Source: the human T2T-CHM13v2.0 reference genome, Homo sapiens
Strand: one strand, 5' to 3'
DNA: 64,000 nucleotides
Assembly (NCBI RefSeq): GCF_009914755.1
Contig: NC_060928.1
Both the position numbers and the translations under genes were made by a program. Positions 14,901-28,885 of this stretch are shown here, in pieces; the stretch's first letter is position 1; each line of letters starts with the position of its first letter. The notes beneath the pieces are model-generated. The model searched no databases and had not been told where the DNA came from. It was given only the letters and a program-made list of their open reading frames with translations.

Positions 14901-17900
14901 TGTGGATAATAATGCACATAAGATACAAATCTTACAGCTATACAACATGAAATAAATATATGGAACAGTTATTTATGAGCTCTGAAAGGTAAATTGTAGC
15001 AGGTTGATTGGGGAGAAGAGCAGAATTCAATTAACATGGCAAGTTATGTAAATATACCACCATCACACCTTCCCCCAACCCCATCCTGAAATCATTGCAC
15101 AGGAAACCAGGAATTGAGCACTGAAGCACAGACCTTGGAAACTCTGAAAGAATACCCCTATCTTGCCTGTTATACAGAAAAAGAATACATAAGCTCAGAG
15201 GTAGGGTGGAAATTCCATGCTTTTCATTTGTCTTTTTTTTTTCTCTCATCCCCCGTACTTCACTGCTCAAATATCTAGTGATAGTCATGGCAGAAACTGG
15301 CAACGGAAGTTCTCATAAGCCAAACTTCAGTTGAAGGGGCTGCTTTCTCTATGCTCTGTGCAGCTGTAGGTCCAATAGGGAAGGGCCAGCCTGGTCGATA
15401 TATTATTTGTCCTCCCATTGCTTGTACTCAGCAATGAACACAGTTGTGTAATTATGCGGAAGACTGGGATAACTAAAGACCCAGCTTTCTAAACAAAGGC
15501 CAAAAAGAGGAGCCCCATTGAATTCGAAAGTATAGAATAAGTCTCGGAGAAGAAATTCCCCTATAGAATTCTCCAAAGGATTTAGACAAAACTCCCATGT
15601 CCTCTATAGGATTTAGACACAATTTTAAAACTCAAACATAATATGCAAACTGTGCTGGACACAATTCAAAATTCTGAACTGACACAGAGACAAATAATTT
15701 ATTAGAAAAGAGGGAGATATTGTGTAAGTTATGAATATCAACTTAAGATGCATGTTGATTGTTTTTCTCAGAACACAAACCTAATCATTCTACAATCCTA
15801 GATTAGTCTATATTTCTTCTTTATTGTTGTTCACAGAAACTTCAGTATGTGGTCCCTGACTATCTTGCTTACTAGATTATTTATTGTTACAGACCTATTA
15901 TTTCTCTGTTAGCTACTTTAGTTTTTATATGTTCTAGTTTCTCAGCTGCCTCACATTAACTTTTAAATCAATTTCCAACAAGGTGTTTCTAAATGGACCA
16001 CTATTTGTGTACCTCCTCTGTCTTCTATTAGTTCTCCTCCTCCACTCTTGTTTGCCAAACTACTTTCCTTGAATTATGAGTTTAGTGATCACTTTCACAG
16101 GCAGTCTTGCCTGATCCATTCTAGACCAGACTTCTGCCACTTTTATGCATTTCTAGTGCTTAATATGCTTCCATTTGTGATGCTAGCTTTTAAGCTTGAT
16201 AAAAAATAAAGCAATAAGGGTATGTCCTCTCTTTGCCTCCACAGCTGGGGCTTAAAATAATACTAGACACACAATAGCTGGGTAAATCAATAAATGAATG
16301 ATTAAACAAGAGAAATAATCATGCTGATGCCCACCTCTTAAAATAAAAATACTTTGAAAACTTTAGATTCTATAATCTATGTACATAAAAGTATTAACAA
16401 TTTTAATATATTTTTAGAACATAGAACCAAGACTAGGCTATCATAGATGTTTTGGGGAACAAGAAAAGATTAACAGCTCCTCCGTGTAAAATATATTTAC
16501 AACCCTCTTCATTTTTGTTAGTGTATATTAAGCATATTTTCCCTGATATTCCAGGGATTTTAAAATGTCTATTGTCAGTTTTCAATATGAAACAGTCACA
16601 TTTCTCTTATTTTCAAAAGACGTTTAAGATTATAAAAATGTTAAGTAATGTATCATTTTTGCTTATAAAATGTTATAGGCCAAGATATATTCACATTAAG
16701 AAAAGTTATGATAAATGATAAATTTAAAGAAATAATAGATTTTCACTTGGGTGAAAATGTCAAAAATACAAAGATAAATACATAAATTATTGTTCAGCAG
16801 TTAGTAATTCAAAATATGGCTTATCAAAACCTACTAATTTTTAGAGCCTAAATATTGAAGAATAAGGTACTAAACTATATTTGTGAAAAACATCAAATGA
16901 AAGAACCTGGAAAATAAATTATGAATATATGTAATGTTAAGAAGATGTTAGTTTTACTTGCACTTAAAGACCAATGAATATTGTTTTTCAATATGTTTGG
17001 ATCTGCAAGGTACCATGTGCACCTCCCTCTTCCTTAATCCAAAAGATATTAATTCACCAATTCATTCATCTCTTCAGAGGTTACTATATTTTTTGTGTGA
17101 TCTGATTTTTCCATTTTCTCTGTTATTCAGTGAGATTTAGCTTAGGAAATCTTGTTTAAATATTTTATCTTTTTATTTCTGGTAAAATTGTGGACTTAGA
17201 GTACATGTTCCCATATGTTGTCTTTGGTTTTAATATTCCTTGATTCTGTGATTCTAGAATCTGGATATTTATTTGCATAACCTCACAGAATGCATGCATA
17301 CACATACAACTTAATAAAACAGAACAATAATGAATCACTTTTTTCCTTACCTTAGTAATTTACCCTCTTTGCTGGCTTCATAATTTTCTACCCGCATAAT
17401 TCCCATATAGCTGTAAGGGAGACTGACAGCTATGAAAAGTCAAAAAATGTCAAAGAAAAGTATTTTATTGAAGAGAAGAACAAGATGAAGAAAGAGCCCT
17501 TGCAAAAGCTTAATCCAAACAACCGATTCATAACATATATACTGCATATATCATAGACTCAAACAAATCACTGAAACAAACAAACAAAACATAAAGAAGG
17601 GCAGAGATAGTTGGAAACTAGAATTGCCTAGGAATCTCTCCACATCTGTGTCTTTCCTTTTCACTCTATGGGTGGCTTTATTTACCTTCAACCATTTTCT
17701 CCTTAAAGTACAGACATCTTCAGTCACTCATTTCATGCTTTGCAAACAGGAGGAGAGGGACACATGTATTCCAAAAACAATTTGAAAAGTTCAAGAGAAA
17801 GATTCCAATGTACTAGCTTTTTCTTTTTTGCCCTTTAGTAGCCAAGAAAGAGAGGTTCTACAAATTTCCCAGCTTTCTTTATGCCTCAGGTGCATGTGCT

Positions 17901-19181
17901 TCCGATACAGAGTCTGTAACAAACGGAAGGAGATAATTTGTCTTGGGAAGACCAACAAACAAACACACAAACAAGAACATTAGCTGCTGAATTTGAATGA
18001 AAGAATACTGAATGTTGATTTCTCCTCTGCCAATGTTCATAATTTCTCAAATTTAGAAAAGTGAGATTTAAAAAATGTGTGGGCCTAAGTTGTACTATTT
18101 AGAACACACTCTTGAATGTTCAATTTAGCAATAGCTCCTCTGGTATAGTCAGCCCTCTTCATTTGTGAAAACTTTTATAGCATAAGGTTAATGCTCCCTA
18201 ATGCAGGCTATTGTCAATGTTAAGCATCACATGTATCTTTCTGAAATTTCTAGGATAGAAAACATCATATATTTCAATCATCCATAAGTCCCATAACATA
18301 AATTTCATAAGAACATTGTCTTACGTAATCGTTAAAGTGAATACCCACATAACATATTGACTCTCAACATACCTAGTTAATGGAATTCTAAAATATTAAT
18401 AATTTCATAACTCATACCTAAGCAACATGGCTTTCAAGTCTTTAATTCTTTCTTTTAACATTTTTATTTCCAAACTACTGAAAATGTAATTTTCAAAGTA
18501 ATACTCATTTTCAGTGGTTTTACCTACTTACTATACTTTAAATACTTTTTTTATTTTTGAATTTTTAAGGAAGGACATTTTCCTCAACTTATTGCCAAAA
18601 TATTAATCATCATTTAAGACTTGGTTCAAATATTGTGTGTATATTCATCAAATCTAACTAAATAATGCTGACAACCTACAGCCTTATATTATTCCCTTAT
18701 GCGGTATATTCTGTGCATTTACCTCATAGCATTGTTTATTCCTTTTTTCTTGTATTATATATGTTGTATGGTTGCCTTATCTCTCATACAAGATGCATAC
18801 AATATATATATACATATACATAGACACAGTGATTTATGTCTTTGTATCTAGAATAATGCCCTACCAAAAGTAGGAAATCAATAAATTAGGTAATATTTGT
18901 TTTGCATTTAGTTTTAAAGAATCACAATGATGAAATCACTTCTATTCATGGTAGATTTGAATGAATTTCAAAAGAGCAGGAATAATAGTCAAAAGCCTGG
19001 GTTCTAATACCAGACTCACCTTATTATGTCATCTTGAACACAATTCTAACATTTGGATGAATACATCAAATTCTAAATTTCTTTTATTTACAAAATGTTT
19101 GGTGGTACTGATTTTCCAGAGCCTGGAATTTCCACACTGTGTCTTTGAATGAATTAGTATTTCAACAGATAAAAAGCAAAT

Positions 19182-19320
19182 CTACTTGGGAGGCAAAGGC
19201 AGGAGAATCGTTTGAACCCAAGAGGTGGAGTTTGCAGTGAGCCGAGATCGATCGATCCATTGCACTCAAGCCTGGAGGACAAGAGTAAGACTTCTAAAAA
19301 AAAAAAAAAAAGCAAAAGCA
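19182..19320 (+). mobile_element. 5'-truncated Alu (right arm only)
   Basis: ctacttgggaggc..ggagaatcgtttgaaccc..gcagtgagccgagatc..poly-A; aaaaagcaaat on both flanks. Confidence 0.88.
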
Positions 19321-20222
19321 AAAAGCAAATTATCCCTAGTTGGGCAGGATTGGAGGGCTCCAAGCTTTTCTACTTAGTCCCCATTCACTTCTTCAATGTG
19401 GTGACCCACGGAGCTCTGATCAGCTGTTTGAAAACTTCAGGATTAGATAGATGACTCATTTACGAGTTTTCAAAATATTTGCTACTTGTATGTGCACAGT
19501 CTCTATGGATAAATGTTGATAACAAGACAAAAGTCCATTTTCCGCTGCTTGCTCTCATGATGTGTGAAGCTCATCTAATCCTTTAATTAATAAATCATCA
19601 TTATTATAGAAAATGATGTACAGAACAATATGTCTTAGCACCTAGTATTTAATACAACTTCATCAATAATGTGCCTTTAGTATATTAATGCTAATTTTCT
19701 CACATACTTCTTTCCGTTGCTGGCAACAAAACACTGAAAATTGTCTTTCTGCCCTTTAAAATAACAGAACTATTTATGAGATAAAACAGTGTAGCATACT
19801 TGAATTCATTATGATGTAAGTTTTCAAACAGGGTAAAAGTTGAAAATGTTGTATAGAAATTAATGCATGAAAATTAAGATGCTAATGATTTATGGCAGCT
19901 GCTCCTCTTACTGAATTGTTTTGGTCTTTATATCAATTTTTAAAAGTTCATTTAAGAAAGCATATATTATTCAAAACAAATTGTGTTATTGCCTGTATCA
20001 TAAAATAATGTATTTATCTTGACTATAAATGCTCTTTTTTATATTTAAGCATAGAGTGTTAGACATATAAAGCTTTTGTGATTCTGTTCTGCTTCTGCAA
20101 ATGGAATCGTTCTCTATAAGATACAATGTAATTACAAAATTTCACGTCAGACATTTTTTACAAGATTCACTCAGCTCAGATGAATCGTATTGTAAGAAAA
20201 ATGTTGTTTTATGCAACTAGAC

Positions 20223-20402
20223 TAGGGATTTTTAAAGCTCAGAACTACTGAAATTTTGGCCAGACAATTATTTAATGTGGGAGTCTATCCTGTGTAGTGT
20301 AGAATATTTAGCATCATGCTTGGCCTCTACCTACTAGGCGTGAGTAGCATCCATGTATCTCCCCAGCCTTTAAGAGTAAAATCATCCCTTACTATTACCA
20401 CT
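20223..20402 (-). mobile_element. MER20 (hAT-Charlie DNA transposon), internally deleted
   Basis: attttggccagacaattattt..tcctgtgtagtgtagaatatttagcatcatgcttggcctctacctactag matches the recalled MER20 reverse strand. Confidence 0.75.
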
Positions 20403-20689
20403 AAACAAGACAATAAAAAAAATCACAAACCTTAGAAAAATTATCTATACTAGTATATGGCTGTTGCATTCATAAATTAAACTATTTAAGAGTTTATAAT
20501 AATCTACATAATATTTCTATATGTTTATGTTCAAATTTGTGACCCTTTAAGCAATATGTGATTTTAGTGTAAAAATGGCAGTTTTTTACTGGCCCAGTGT
20601 TTTCTTTTCATTTCATCAAAATAATTCAACATGACATAACAAAATTAAGATGGGCTTTTTCTGGAAAAATGCTGTACAACCTGTTTCTT

Positions 20690-20870
20690 TACTTTTTCTT
20701 TAAAAAAAAATTAGAAATGGAATCTCATTATGTTGATCAGGCTGGAATTCAGTGGGTATTCACAGGTGTGATCATAATATATTATAGCCTCAAAGTCCTG
20801 CACCCAAGGGATCCCCCTGCCTCGGCTTCCTGAGTAGCTGGAACTACAGGCATGCACCCTTGTTTCTGGC
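20690..20870 (-). mobile_element. FAM (fossil Alu monomer)
   Basis: Retains the 7SL-like cagtgggtattcacaggtgtgatcata segment absent from dimeric Alus. Confidence 0.8.
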
Positions 20871-21244
20871 TTAAAGATGTTCTTTTCTAACCTGCATACT
20901 CTTCACAAAATATAAATTTAGTTTGTAATTAAAATACTAGAGAAAGTTTATTTGATGCAAGTGTTTATAAAGTATAACTAGGTCACATTATGAAACACAG
21001 TGTTTCAAACATTTGCCTTTCAATAATACACTCTGTATTTTTAGTATTATTAACTCCAATCTCTCTCCTTGAGAAACTGGAAAAAAAATTAGTATGGTGA
21101 AAATAAGAGAAATGTTACAATCCTGGTCATTTCCAGACTTTCCTTTTATTTTCTAAGTACAGTATTACATTATTGTTGGCTATGTGGCATTTCACTCCCC
21201 ATATTTTTCTTTTGCTAATGGTTGAATCCTTATATCAGAGACCC

Positions 21245-21480
21245 AACAATATGTAATGGTTACGATGAGCAAAAATACTTAGTTTCAATTTCTGGCTCTA
21301 GCATTTACTAGCTACACAATGGTCAGTAATTCATTTACCCTCTTAAGCTTCAGACTTCTCATTTGTGAAAAATGGGATAATATTAGTTTGATTTTAAATG
21401 TAATAAAAGCAAATATACTTAAGGTGCTTAGGACAGTGCTTGAACAAAGCAAGTGTTCTGTAATGTTAGCTTATTATCAT
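21245..21480 (+). mobile_element. MIR
   Basis: ggctctagcatttactagct..ctcatttgtgaaaaatgggataata..aaggtgcttaggacagtgcttg..aatgttagc. Confidence 0.8.
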
Positions 21481-22459
21481 AGTCATTCTTATTATACAAA
21501 TGTTTATATAAACAAACAGAAGTTTTCAGTTTCACTTTAAGTCCAGTTGTTGACATATAAAGCCATCTATGGTTCTAGTTGCTGTATCATTTTATATTAC
21601 AGGTGTTTGCAGTGGTAGCCCTTAAGCTGTGCCTTTTCTTCCAATGAACTTTGTGAAAAAGGCAGGTTGAAACTGTATATTTTGGACTAGAATATGCTCT
21701 CATATATTGCCTTTTTTTTCAGAAAGAAAACTTCTAGAATGGTAAAGACTTAAAGTCTTACCTGCTATGCAAAAGTCAGTGACTTGACTCTTTTATGTGT
21801 GTCTAGAATTATTCCTCTATGGTTTTGTTGTTTTATTACCATAATGGGTACTCTGCAATAGTTTTATGTTTAATGCAACACTCAATTGTTTTAAAATAAT
21901 TTGTGAAACAAACAAATGTATGTTGCAGAATAACTATTAGAAAATATGAAATTTAGAAAGATAAAGAATACAAATTCAGATTTGGATTAACTGGTATAAT
22001 AAAAATAATATTTTTTAATCAATGGAATTCACCCCTGTACTGTAAGATAAACAGATTAGGTTCATTATTTCAGAGGAGAAAGATGAGACTTAAAAAACAA
22101 GGGGAAATTAAAAGAGAAAAGAAAAAGGTAAAGCTCTCTCTATATAAGCATAAAATTATTCTATGGCCAGAAATACCTAGTTACTTTAGTAAATTAAGTG
22201 AAAAGAGAGGTTAAAATAAAACAGTGGAGGATGCACATTGTCGCCACGCTATCACACACCCCCTTAAATCCAATTTACTCTATAAGTTGTACTAAAGCTT
22301 TTCTGTTCATTTAGAATGTATTTGTTATTGACTCTATGCACAAATGTTGACGAAAGTTAAGTACCATATTTTATCTCTTTGCCAGGATAATCACTTGTTG
22401 ATAGGATTTCCAAGTATTTAGAATATTCATATATTTATATCTTTATTTCTATTTTTGTG

Positions 22460-23180
22460 AGCTCATTTATTAATTCATATATTCAATAAATATTCATGGG
22501 GCTCCTCTTATATGCTTGGAGTTGTGCTGGAGTTGATGGTGAACAGTATAAAAACATAAAAATATCTGGCTTTAATTTTCATATTCTATTTAATAAAATA
22601 AATCAATAAAATATATAGTAAATAAAATGATAAGTGCTGTGGAGAAAGATAGATTAGTGGCAAGAAATAGAGAACATTTGTGGAGGTTTACAAATGAAAT
22701 GGGGAGGTCAGTAAGGATCTAATGTATAAGGTGAAATAAGGTCGAAGGATATAAAAGCAAGAACATCCAAGGCAGAGAGGCATGCATAAGCAAAGGTCCT
22801 GAGGAAGAATTGTACAAGGAGGCCAGAGTGCTGGAACACACTGAATGAAGAGAAGAACAGTAGATAAAAGATCAGAATGGTAACAGCATGTTATGGTATA
22901 GGACAATGTTGTTCATTTTAATGTCTCTGAGATTTATTCTGGGTGAGAAGAGAAGCCACTAAGAGATTTAGATCAATGGAGTGGCCATGATCTGAGATAA
23001 TTATAACATATAGATTCAAAGGCAGAAGACGGAGATAATTTAAATGGCAACAATTTGCAACAATTTAGTGTTGATGTGATTGTAGCAATAAAGGTAGTGA
23101 GGAAGAGTCAGATTCTGGATATTTTGCAATTATATTCCACTATATCCAAAATGATGTCCTGACCAATGGATGTGGTGGCA
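22460..23180 (-). mobile_element. L2 (L2a-like)
   Basis: ttcattt..ttcaataaatatt tail; caaaggtcctgagg; aaggaggccagagtgctggaa; gtcagattctggatattttg. Confidence 0.75.
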
Positions 23181-24522
23181 GCTGGGGGAGGCATTATTTT
23201 GGGAGAAAGAGGCAACTTTGATATGGAAGTGTCTTTTGGGTGCTTGATGGTGAAGAAAAAGGCATAAGGTAATATAAAAGAAAATAAAATTTAGAGATAT
23301 CTTATAGACAGGAAAAGTAATAATAAAACCAGCTATATATAAGACTCAATCAACTCATCCAGTTTAATTCTAACAAAAATTTTAACAGAGATTTATGAGA
23401 AACTTAACAAGTTAATTTTACAATTTATATGAAAGAACAAATAACCAGCAAAGATATAGTTAGACAGGTATGGGTAGACAGAAAGCAAAATACATTTTAT
23501 GATATCAAGACAGTAAAAAATTGCAAATATCAATATAATGTGCTATTGCCAGAAGAATAGGTAAATATTCCAATAGATGGGTTGTTATGCACAGAGGAAA
23601 AAATATTAAATTAGATTCCCACCTCATACCAAGTGCAAAACTCAATTAAAACTCAAATAAGAACAACTTATTAGGCAAGTAGCTCTTTACTTAGGTTGGG
23701 AAATGATTTTTAAATTAAGATATAAAAAATATGAAAATATAAAATCATAAAGGAAATTATTGATTAATTTTACAACATTCAGATTAACAGTATAGGTTCA
23801 GCAAGAAAACACAATAAAGTTATAAGACAAGTCACAAAATGGAGAAGATATTTGAGATAAAAATAGCTTACAGAGGATTAATATTCAAAATGTATAAAGA
23901 AGCAAAAATCAATGAAAAAAACCCCACCACTCAATAGACTTATAGGCAAGAGAAATGAACAGGCATTTTAGAGACATGAGAGCATGAAACCCAATAGATA
24001 GGAAGAGATATTTGATCTCATTATTAATCTGGGAAGTAAAAATAAGAACCATAATGAAATACATGTTTACTGCAACTGTATTCTAAATGTTGTCTGGGAT
24101 ATGTAGGAATGAAAATACTTATACACTTCAGTGGAATGTAATTTGTGTAATCATGTTGGAGTCTAGTAAAAATGAAAATACATATTATGTAAATATCCCA
24201 TATTTTATTTTTAAGTAATATTATTTTATAGATTTGTCAGTAAATACATATGATTTTGCAATAGCAAAACAATAACAAAATGAAACAAAGCAAAATGACC
24301 TGTAAATAATCAAATTTCCACCAAGGCCACCGAATCAATACATAAATTATATGATTTGATAAGATTGATTACTAAGCATATAGTATATGAAATAATAATC
24401 AGTGCTGTAGAGAAAGATTTGTGGCAGGAAATAGAGAATATTTGTGGAGGTTTTACAAATGAAACTGGGAGGTTAGTAAAGACCTCATGGGTAAGGTGGA
24501 GATAGGTAAGAATGAAGTAGAG

Positions 24523-25545
24523 CAGGGTTTGGCAAACTTTTCTAATAAAGTGTCAGATAGTATATATTTTAGTCTTTGAGCATCACACATGTTCTCTTTC
24601 ATATATACTTATTTATTTTTTTAAATTCTTTTCTTTTTTTCTTATACTTTAAGTTCTAGGGTACATGTGCACAATGTGCAGTTTTGTTACATATGTGTAC
24701 ATGTGCCATGTTGGTGTGCTACACCCATTAACTCGTCATTTACATTAGGTATATCTCCTAATGCTATCCCTCCCCCCTCTCCCCACCCCGTGAAATCTTG
24801 CAGAGGAGATTACAGTTCTAAATATGGAATAGACTTGCCATGAATATAAAATAATCAGAAAAGTAAACATTTTTACTAGAAAAAAATTACATTAATAATT
24901 AGAATTACTATAGACAACATTTCATCTAGAAAACAAATGTTCCCCACCCTGTGTCCAAGTGTTCTCAATGTTCAATTCCCACTTATGAATGAGAACATGC
25001 AGTATTTGGTTTTCTGTCCTCCTTGCAATAGTTTGCTCGGAACGATGGTTTCCAGCTTTCATCTGTGTCCCTACAAAGGACATGAACTCATCCTTTTTTA
25101 TGGCTGCATAGTATTCCATGGTGTATATGTGCCACATTTTCTTAATCCAGTCTATCATTGATGGACATTGGAGTTGGTACCAAGTCTTTGCTATTGTGAA
25201 TAGTGCCACAATAAACATATGTGTGCATGTGTCTTTGTAGCAGCATAATTTATAATCCTTTGGGTATATACCCAGTAATGGGATGGCTGGGTCAAATGGT
25301 ATTTCTAGTTCTAGGTCCTTGAGGAATCGCCACACTGTCTTCCACAGTGGTTGAACTAGTTTACAGTCCCACCAACAGTGTAAAAGTGTTCCTATTTCTC
25401 CACATCCTCTCTGGCACCTGTTGTTTCCTGACTTTTTTAAAAAACAAAACAAAACTTTAAGATTTAAAACATGAGCTCAAAGGTTGTAAAACAAAAGGGG
25501 TTGCTGATCTGATTTGGTCCATTGGCCATAGTTTGCTAACTGCTG
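24523..25545 (+). mobile_element. MER58-type hAT element split by an L1PA insertion (24523-~24620 and ~25436-25545)
   Basis: Terminal inverted repeats cagggtttggcaaact ... agtttgctaactgctg; internal cagatagtatatattttag. Confidence 0.75.
24620..25435 (-). mobile_element. 5'-truncated primate L1 (L1PA5-like) with a foreign insert at ~24794-24937
   Basis: poly-T, ttatactttaagttctagggtacatgtgcac; ORF 24922-25452 is the ORF2 C-terminus including the CCHC motif. Confidence 0.93.
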
Positions 25546-25846
25546 AACTAGGTATACAAATGTAAACATTATGAATGTCACAAATCTACATCTTGGAGAA
25601 GACAAAAAGCAGGCAAATGATGGCAGAATAAATACTGTATTCTATTTATAATTCAAAAATGTGTAAACCAAACCATATGTAGGGTTTCATACATATAGAT
25701 TATAACTATTAAGAAGTCACATGAATGACAAAAATAAAATTTAAAGCACAGCTTACCTCTGAAGAGAAGAAAGTAATTACACTTAGAAGTATCACCCAGA
25801 AGATGCCAATGGCATTGGATACTTTTTTTTCAAGAGTATATTTTCA

Positions 25847-25906
<60 letters not shown>
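25847..25906. repeat. (TG)n(TA)n microsatellite
   Basis: Directly visible. Confidence 0.95.
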
Positions 25907-25911
<5 letters not shown>

Positions 25912-27169
25912 TTTTATTTATACATTTACATCATATGCAGGTATTTTATAAATACTTTTGTATGTATTTTATATGCTGCTAACCTTTCTGCTCAACATAC
26001 TTTCATTTTAATGGAAATTAGTGTGTTTCAACTAATTGAAATACATTCAAATTTCTGAATTCAAGAAACTACACAACTTCAGAGGAAACATTTAACTACC
26101 ATCTCCAAGTAACTTCATTCAGAATTGTCATCAGATAACCAAGGATTGCGAGATATTTGAGGATAATAGCAGAAAAGAGGAAAGCTAATACATAAAAAAG
26201 AACACCTGAAAATTGTAGAAACATTATTATTACAATCAGAGAATTTGCAGAGGAGATTTCAGTTCTAAATATGGAACAGACTTGCTATGAATATAAAATA
26301 ATCAGAAAAGTAAACATTTTTTTGGAAAAATATAACGTTAATAATTAGAATTCTATAGACAACGTTTGGTCTAGAAGATAAAATTTATTGTTTTGAATTA
26401 TAGAGAAGAAAAATTAGCGAGATATAAATTATTTGCAAAACATTGGGTTCTAGTTTTAGGAGGTTTTTATTCTTAATTATAGCTGTCTTAGAAGGGGAGG
26501 AAAAAGACAATGTGGGAGACGAAATTATCAAAGACAATTGAGAATAATATTAACATCCAATTCATATACATTTGGTCATGGTAACCTGATTTTTCTCTAA
26601 AGAATCTACTGTGAGTCTTAGTAAGTATGACATGCTCTCCCACTCTAGGTTAGGGTTAGGAATGTGAATCAAGGAGAGCTATTTACATGTTGCTTTTTTG
26701 TTTGTTTTTTTTTGGGGGGGGGGTTGTTGTTTTTTCTGTTTTTAAGTATTTAAGTTTTTAAGCCATCTTTTTATTCTGTGAGTTGAAACTATCCCCCAGT
26801 ACTAGTTTGTTTTTGTTTTTCTTTGCATAAATGAACTATTTAACTTTATTTATAAGGATTTTTAGAAATTTTTTTCAAAAAATAATTATTTGAAATGGAG
26901 CAATATGTATTCTAATAAAGCCCAAAAGCCATCATCTTTCTGGGAACACAGGTTTTCACACTATTCTCTCTGAGTATGTTTTCAGATTAGTTTCTGTTAT
27001 TGCAAAGAAATGGTAACCCAGGGGATTTAATTTTTTTATTAATGTAAAATGTGGCTCAGTTACCTAGATTCATTCTGATTCTCCTACAGTCTCCCTAGCT
27101 AATGCTTCTCAGCCTGGTTTTTATCATCTTTCTGGTCTCGTAGTTTTGTTATATTCTGAGAAGTCCTAG

Positions 27170-27483
<314 letters not shown>

Positions 27484-27489
27484 CTTGGC

Positions 27490-28520
27490 TCTCTTTTCTT
27501 TTGTAGTTCCACTAACATTCCAAGTCATCTCATGGGGTCATACATTTTAAATGGCATCTATACATTGATGAAAACTTATTTGCATCACCAGCTTGAACCT
27601 CTCTCCTGGACTTTCGATGCAATTCCAGCTGCTGACTTAACACTCTGCTTTTATAATATGTAGGAGGCACCCCATGTGAACATGTTCAAAACCTAAGGGA
27701 GGATTCCTCCTCTTTCAAACCTGAAATCTGACTTCTTTTTCTTGGTTACTCAGCCCAAAAGTCTTGAAGTCATTCTTGACTTCATTCTTTCCCCTATGAC
27801 CCCACATCTAATGCACACTGAATCCTGCAAACACTGCCACATTTCATCTTTTACACAACCCAAGTCACCATCATGTCCTCAATAGAATTTTATAAGCACT
27901 AACTGCATTTCCTGCTTCTGTTCTTGACATACCAATCTTCAGTCTACTTACAATATAGCAGACAGTGATACTTAAAAAACATAACAAGATACTGTCGCTT
28001 AATGGTTTAAAACTGTCCATGGCCTTAACATTGTTTCACAGTTAAAACCATTGTCTTTTCAATGGCAATCAAACCTGACAGGATTTGTGCACTACTACCT
28101 GTCTTTCACCCCCTACCTAACCGTCCTTGCTCACTCTGCTCCAGATGCACTGACTCATTACTCTTTTCACTGCTTTTGGTCTTAAACTTTGAGTCTGCTT
28201 TTATGTTCTCTTAATGTTCTCACTGTGCTTGCCTTCATGAAGAGCCCTCTCCTTGTTTAGCTCTCTCTTCAAATATCCTGTTTTTGGTGATCATTAGAAA
28301 TAAAGTAAAAACTCCCACCACCTGTTCCAGGCAGTAGGAAAACCCTTTACCTCCAAAGCTTTTGTGACCATTTACATAATGTATAAAATTGCATGCTTTT
28401 TTATGTCTATTTCTTCATTCTAGATTGTTAAGGTCTAAGTTAGGATTAATTTTCCTCTGTTCTGTTTGTTACTGCAGCCGAAACACCTAAAAGAACCTCT
28501 TTATTGCCGAATGAATGATG
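27490..28520 (+). mobile_element. L2 3' region
   Basis: ccaaaagtcttgaagtcattcttgactt..ccccacatctaat..tcactctgctccag..terminal gaatgaatga. Confidence 0.7.
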
Positions 28521-28885
28521 AAGAATGTGTAGATTGATAAGCCAATCTATCAGTTATTTATCTTCATTTTAGACTATCATAAATAATAAAGTAAAAATGT
28601 AGAATGTTGTAACTTTTTTAAAAAGAACTGGAAATTATGTCACTATAGCAATCAAATGGACATTCTATTTGTCAAATGTTTTCAAGCATTTATAAATTAT
28701 CCAGAGATGTTAAGGTTATACATGTAAAATATAATAAAGTGTTATGGGCTGGACATGGGGGCTTACACCTGTAATTCCAGTGCTTTCAGAGGCCCAGGCA
28801 GAAGGATCATGTGAGGCAAGGAGCTTGAGACCAGCCTGGGCAACGTAAGAAGATTCCATCTCTAAAAATTTAAAAACTTAGCCAG

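Larger units (their letters stand above)
23350..25980 (+). mobile_element. Ancient L1ME ORF2/3'UTR, host of nested MER58, L1PA and a copied L2 segment
   Basis: aaaatggagaagatatttg..aggattaatattcaaaatgtataaagaa..aatgaacaggca..; continues after 25550. Confidence 0.65.

Noticed and set aside
14930-15560. Possible old L1M 5' region
   Set aside because: Resemblance too weak to assign without an alignment.
26100-26560. Possible HAL1/L1 ORF1-like remnant containing the donor of the 24.8-kb insert
   Set aside because: Only a faint resemblance (gaaggggaggaaaaagacaatgtgggagacgaaattatcaaag); too weak to annotate.
26646-26660. taggttagggttagg telomere-like motif
   Set aside because: Fewer than three units; expected by chance.
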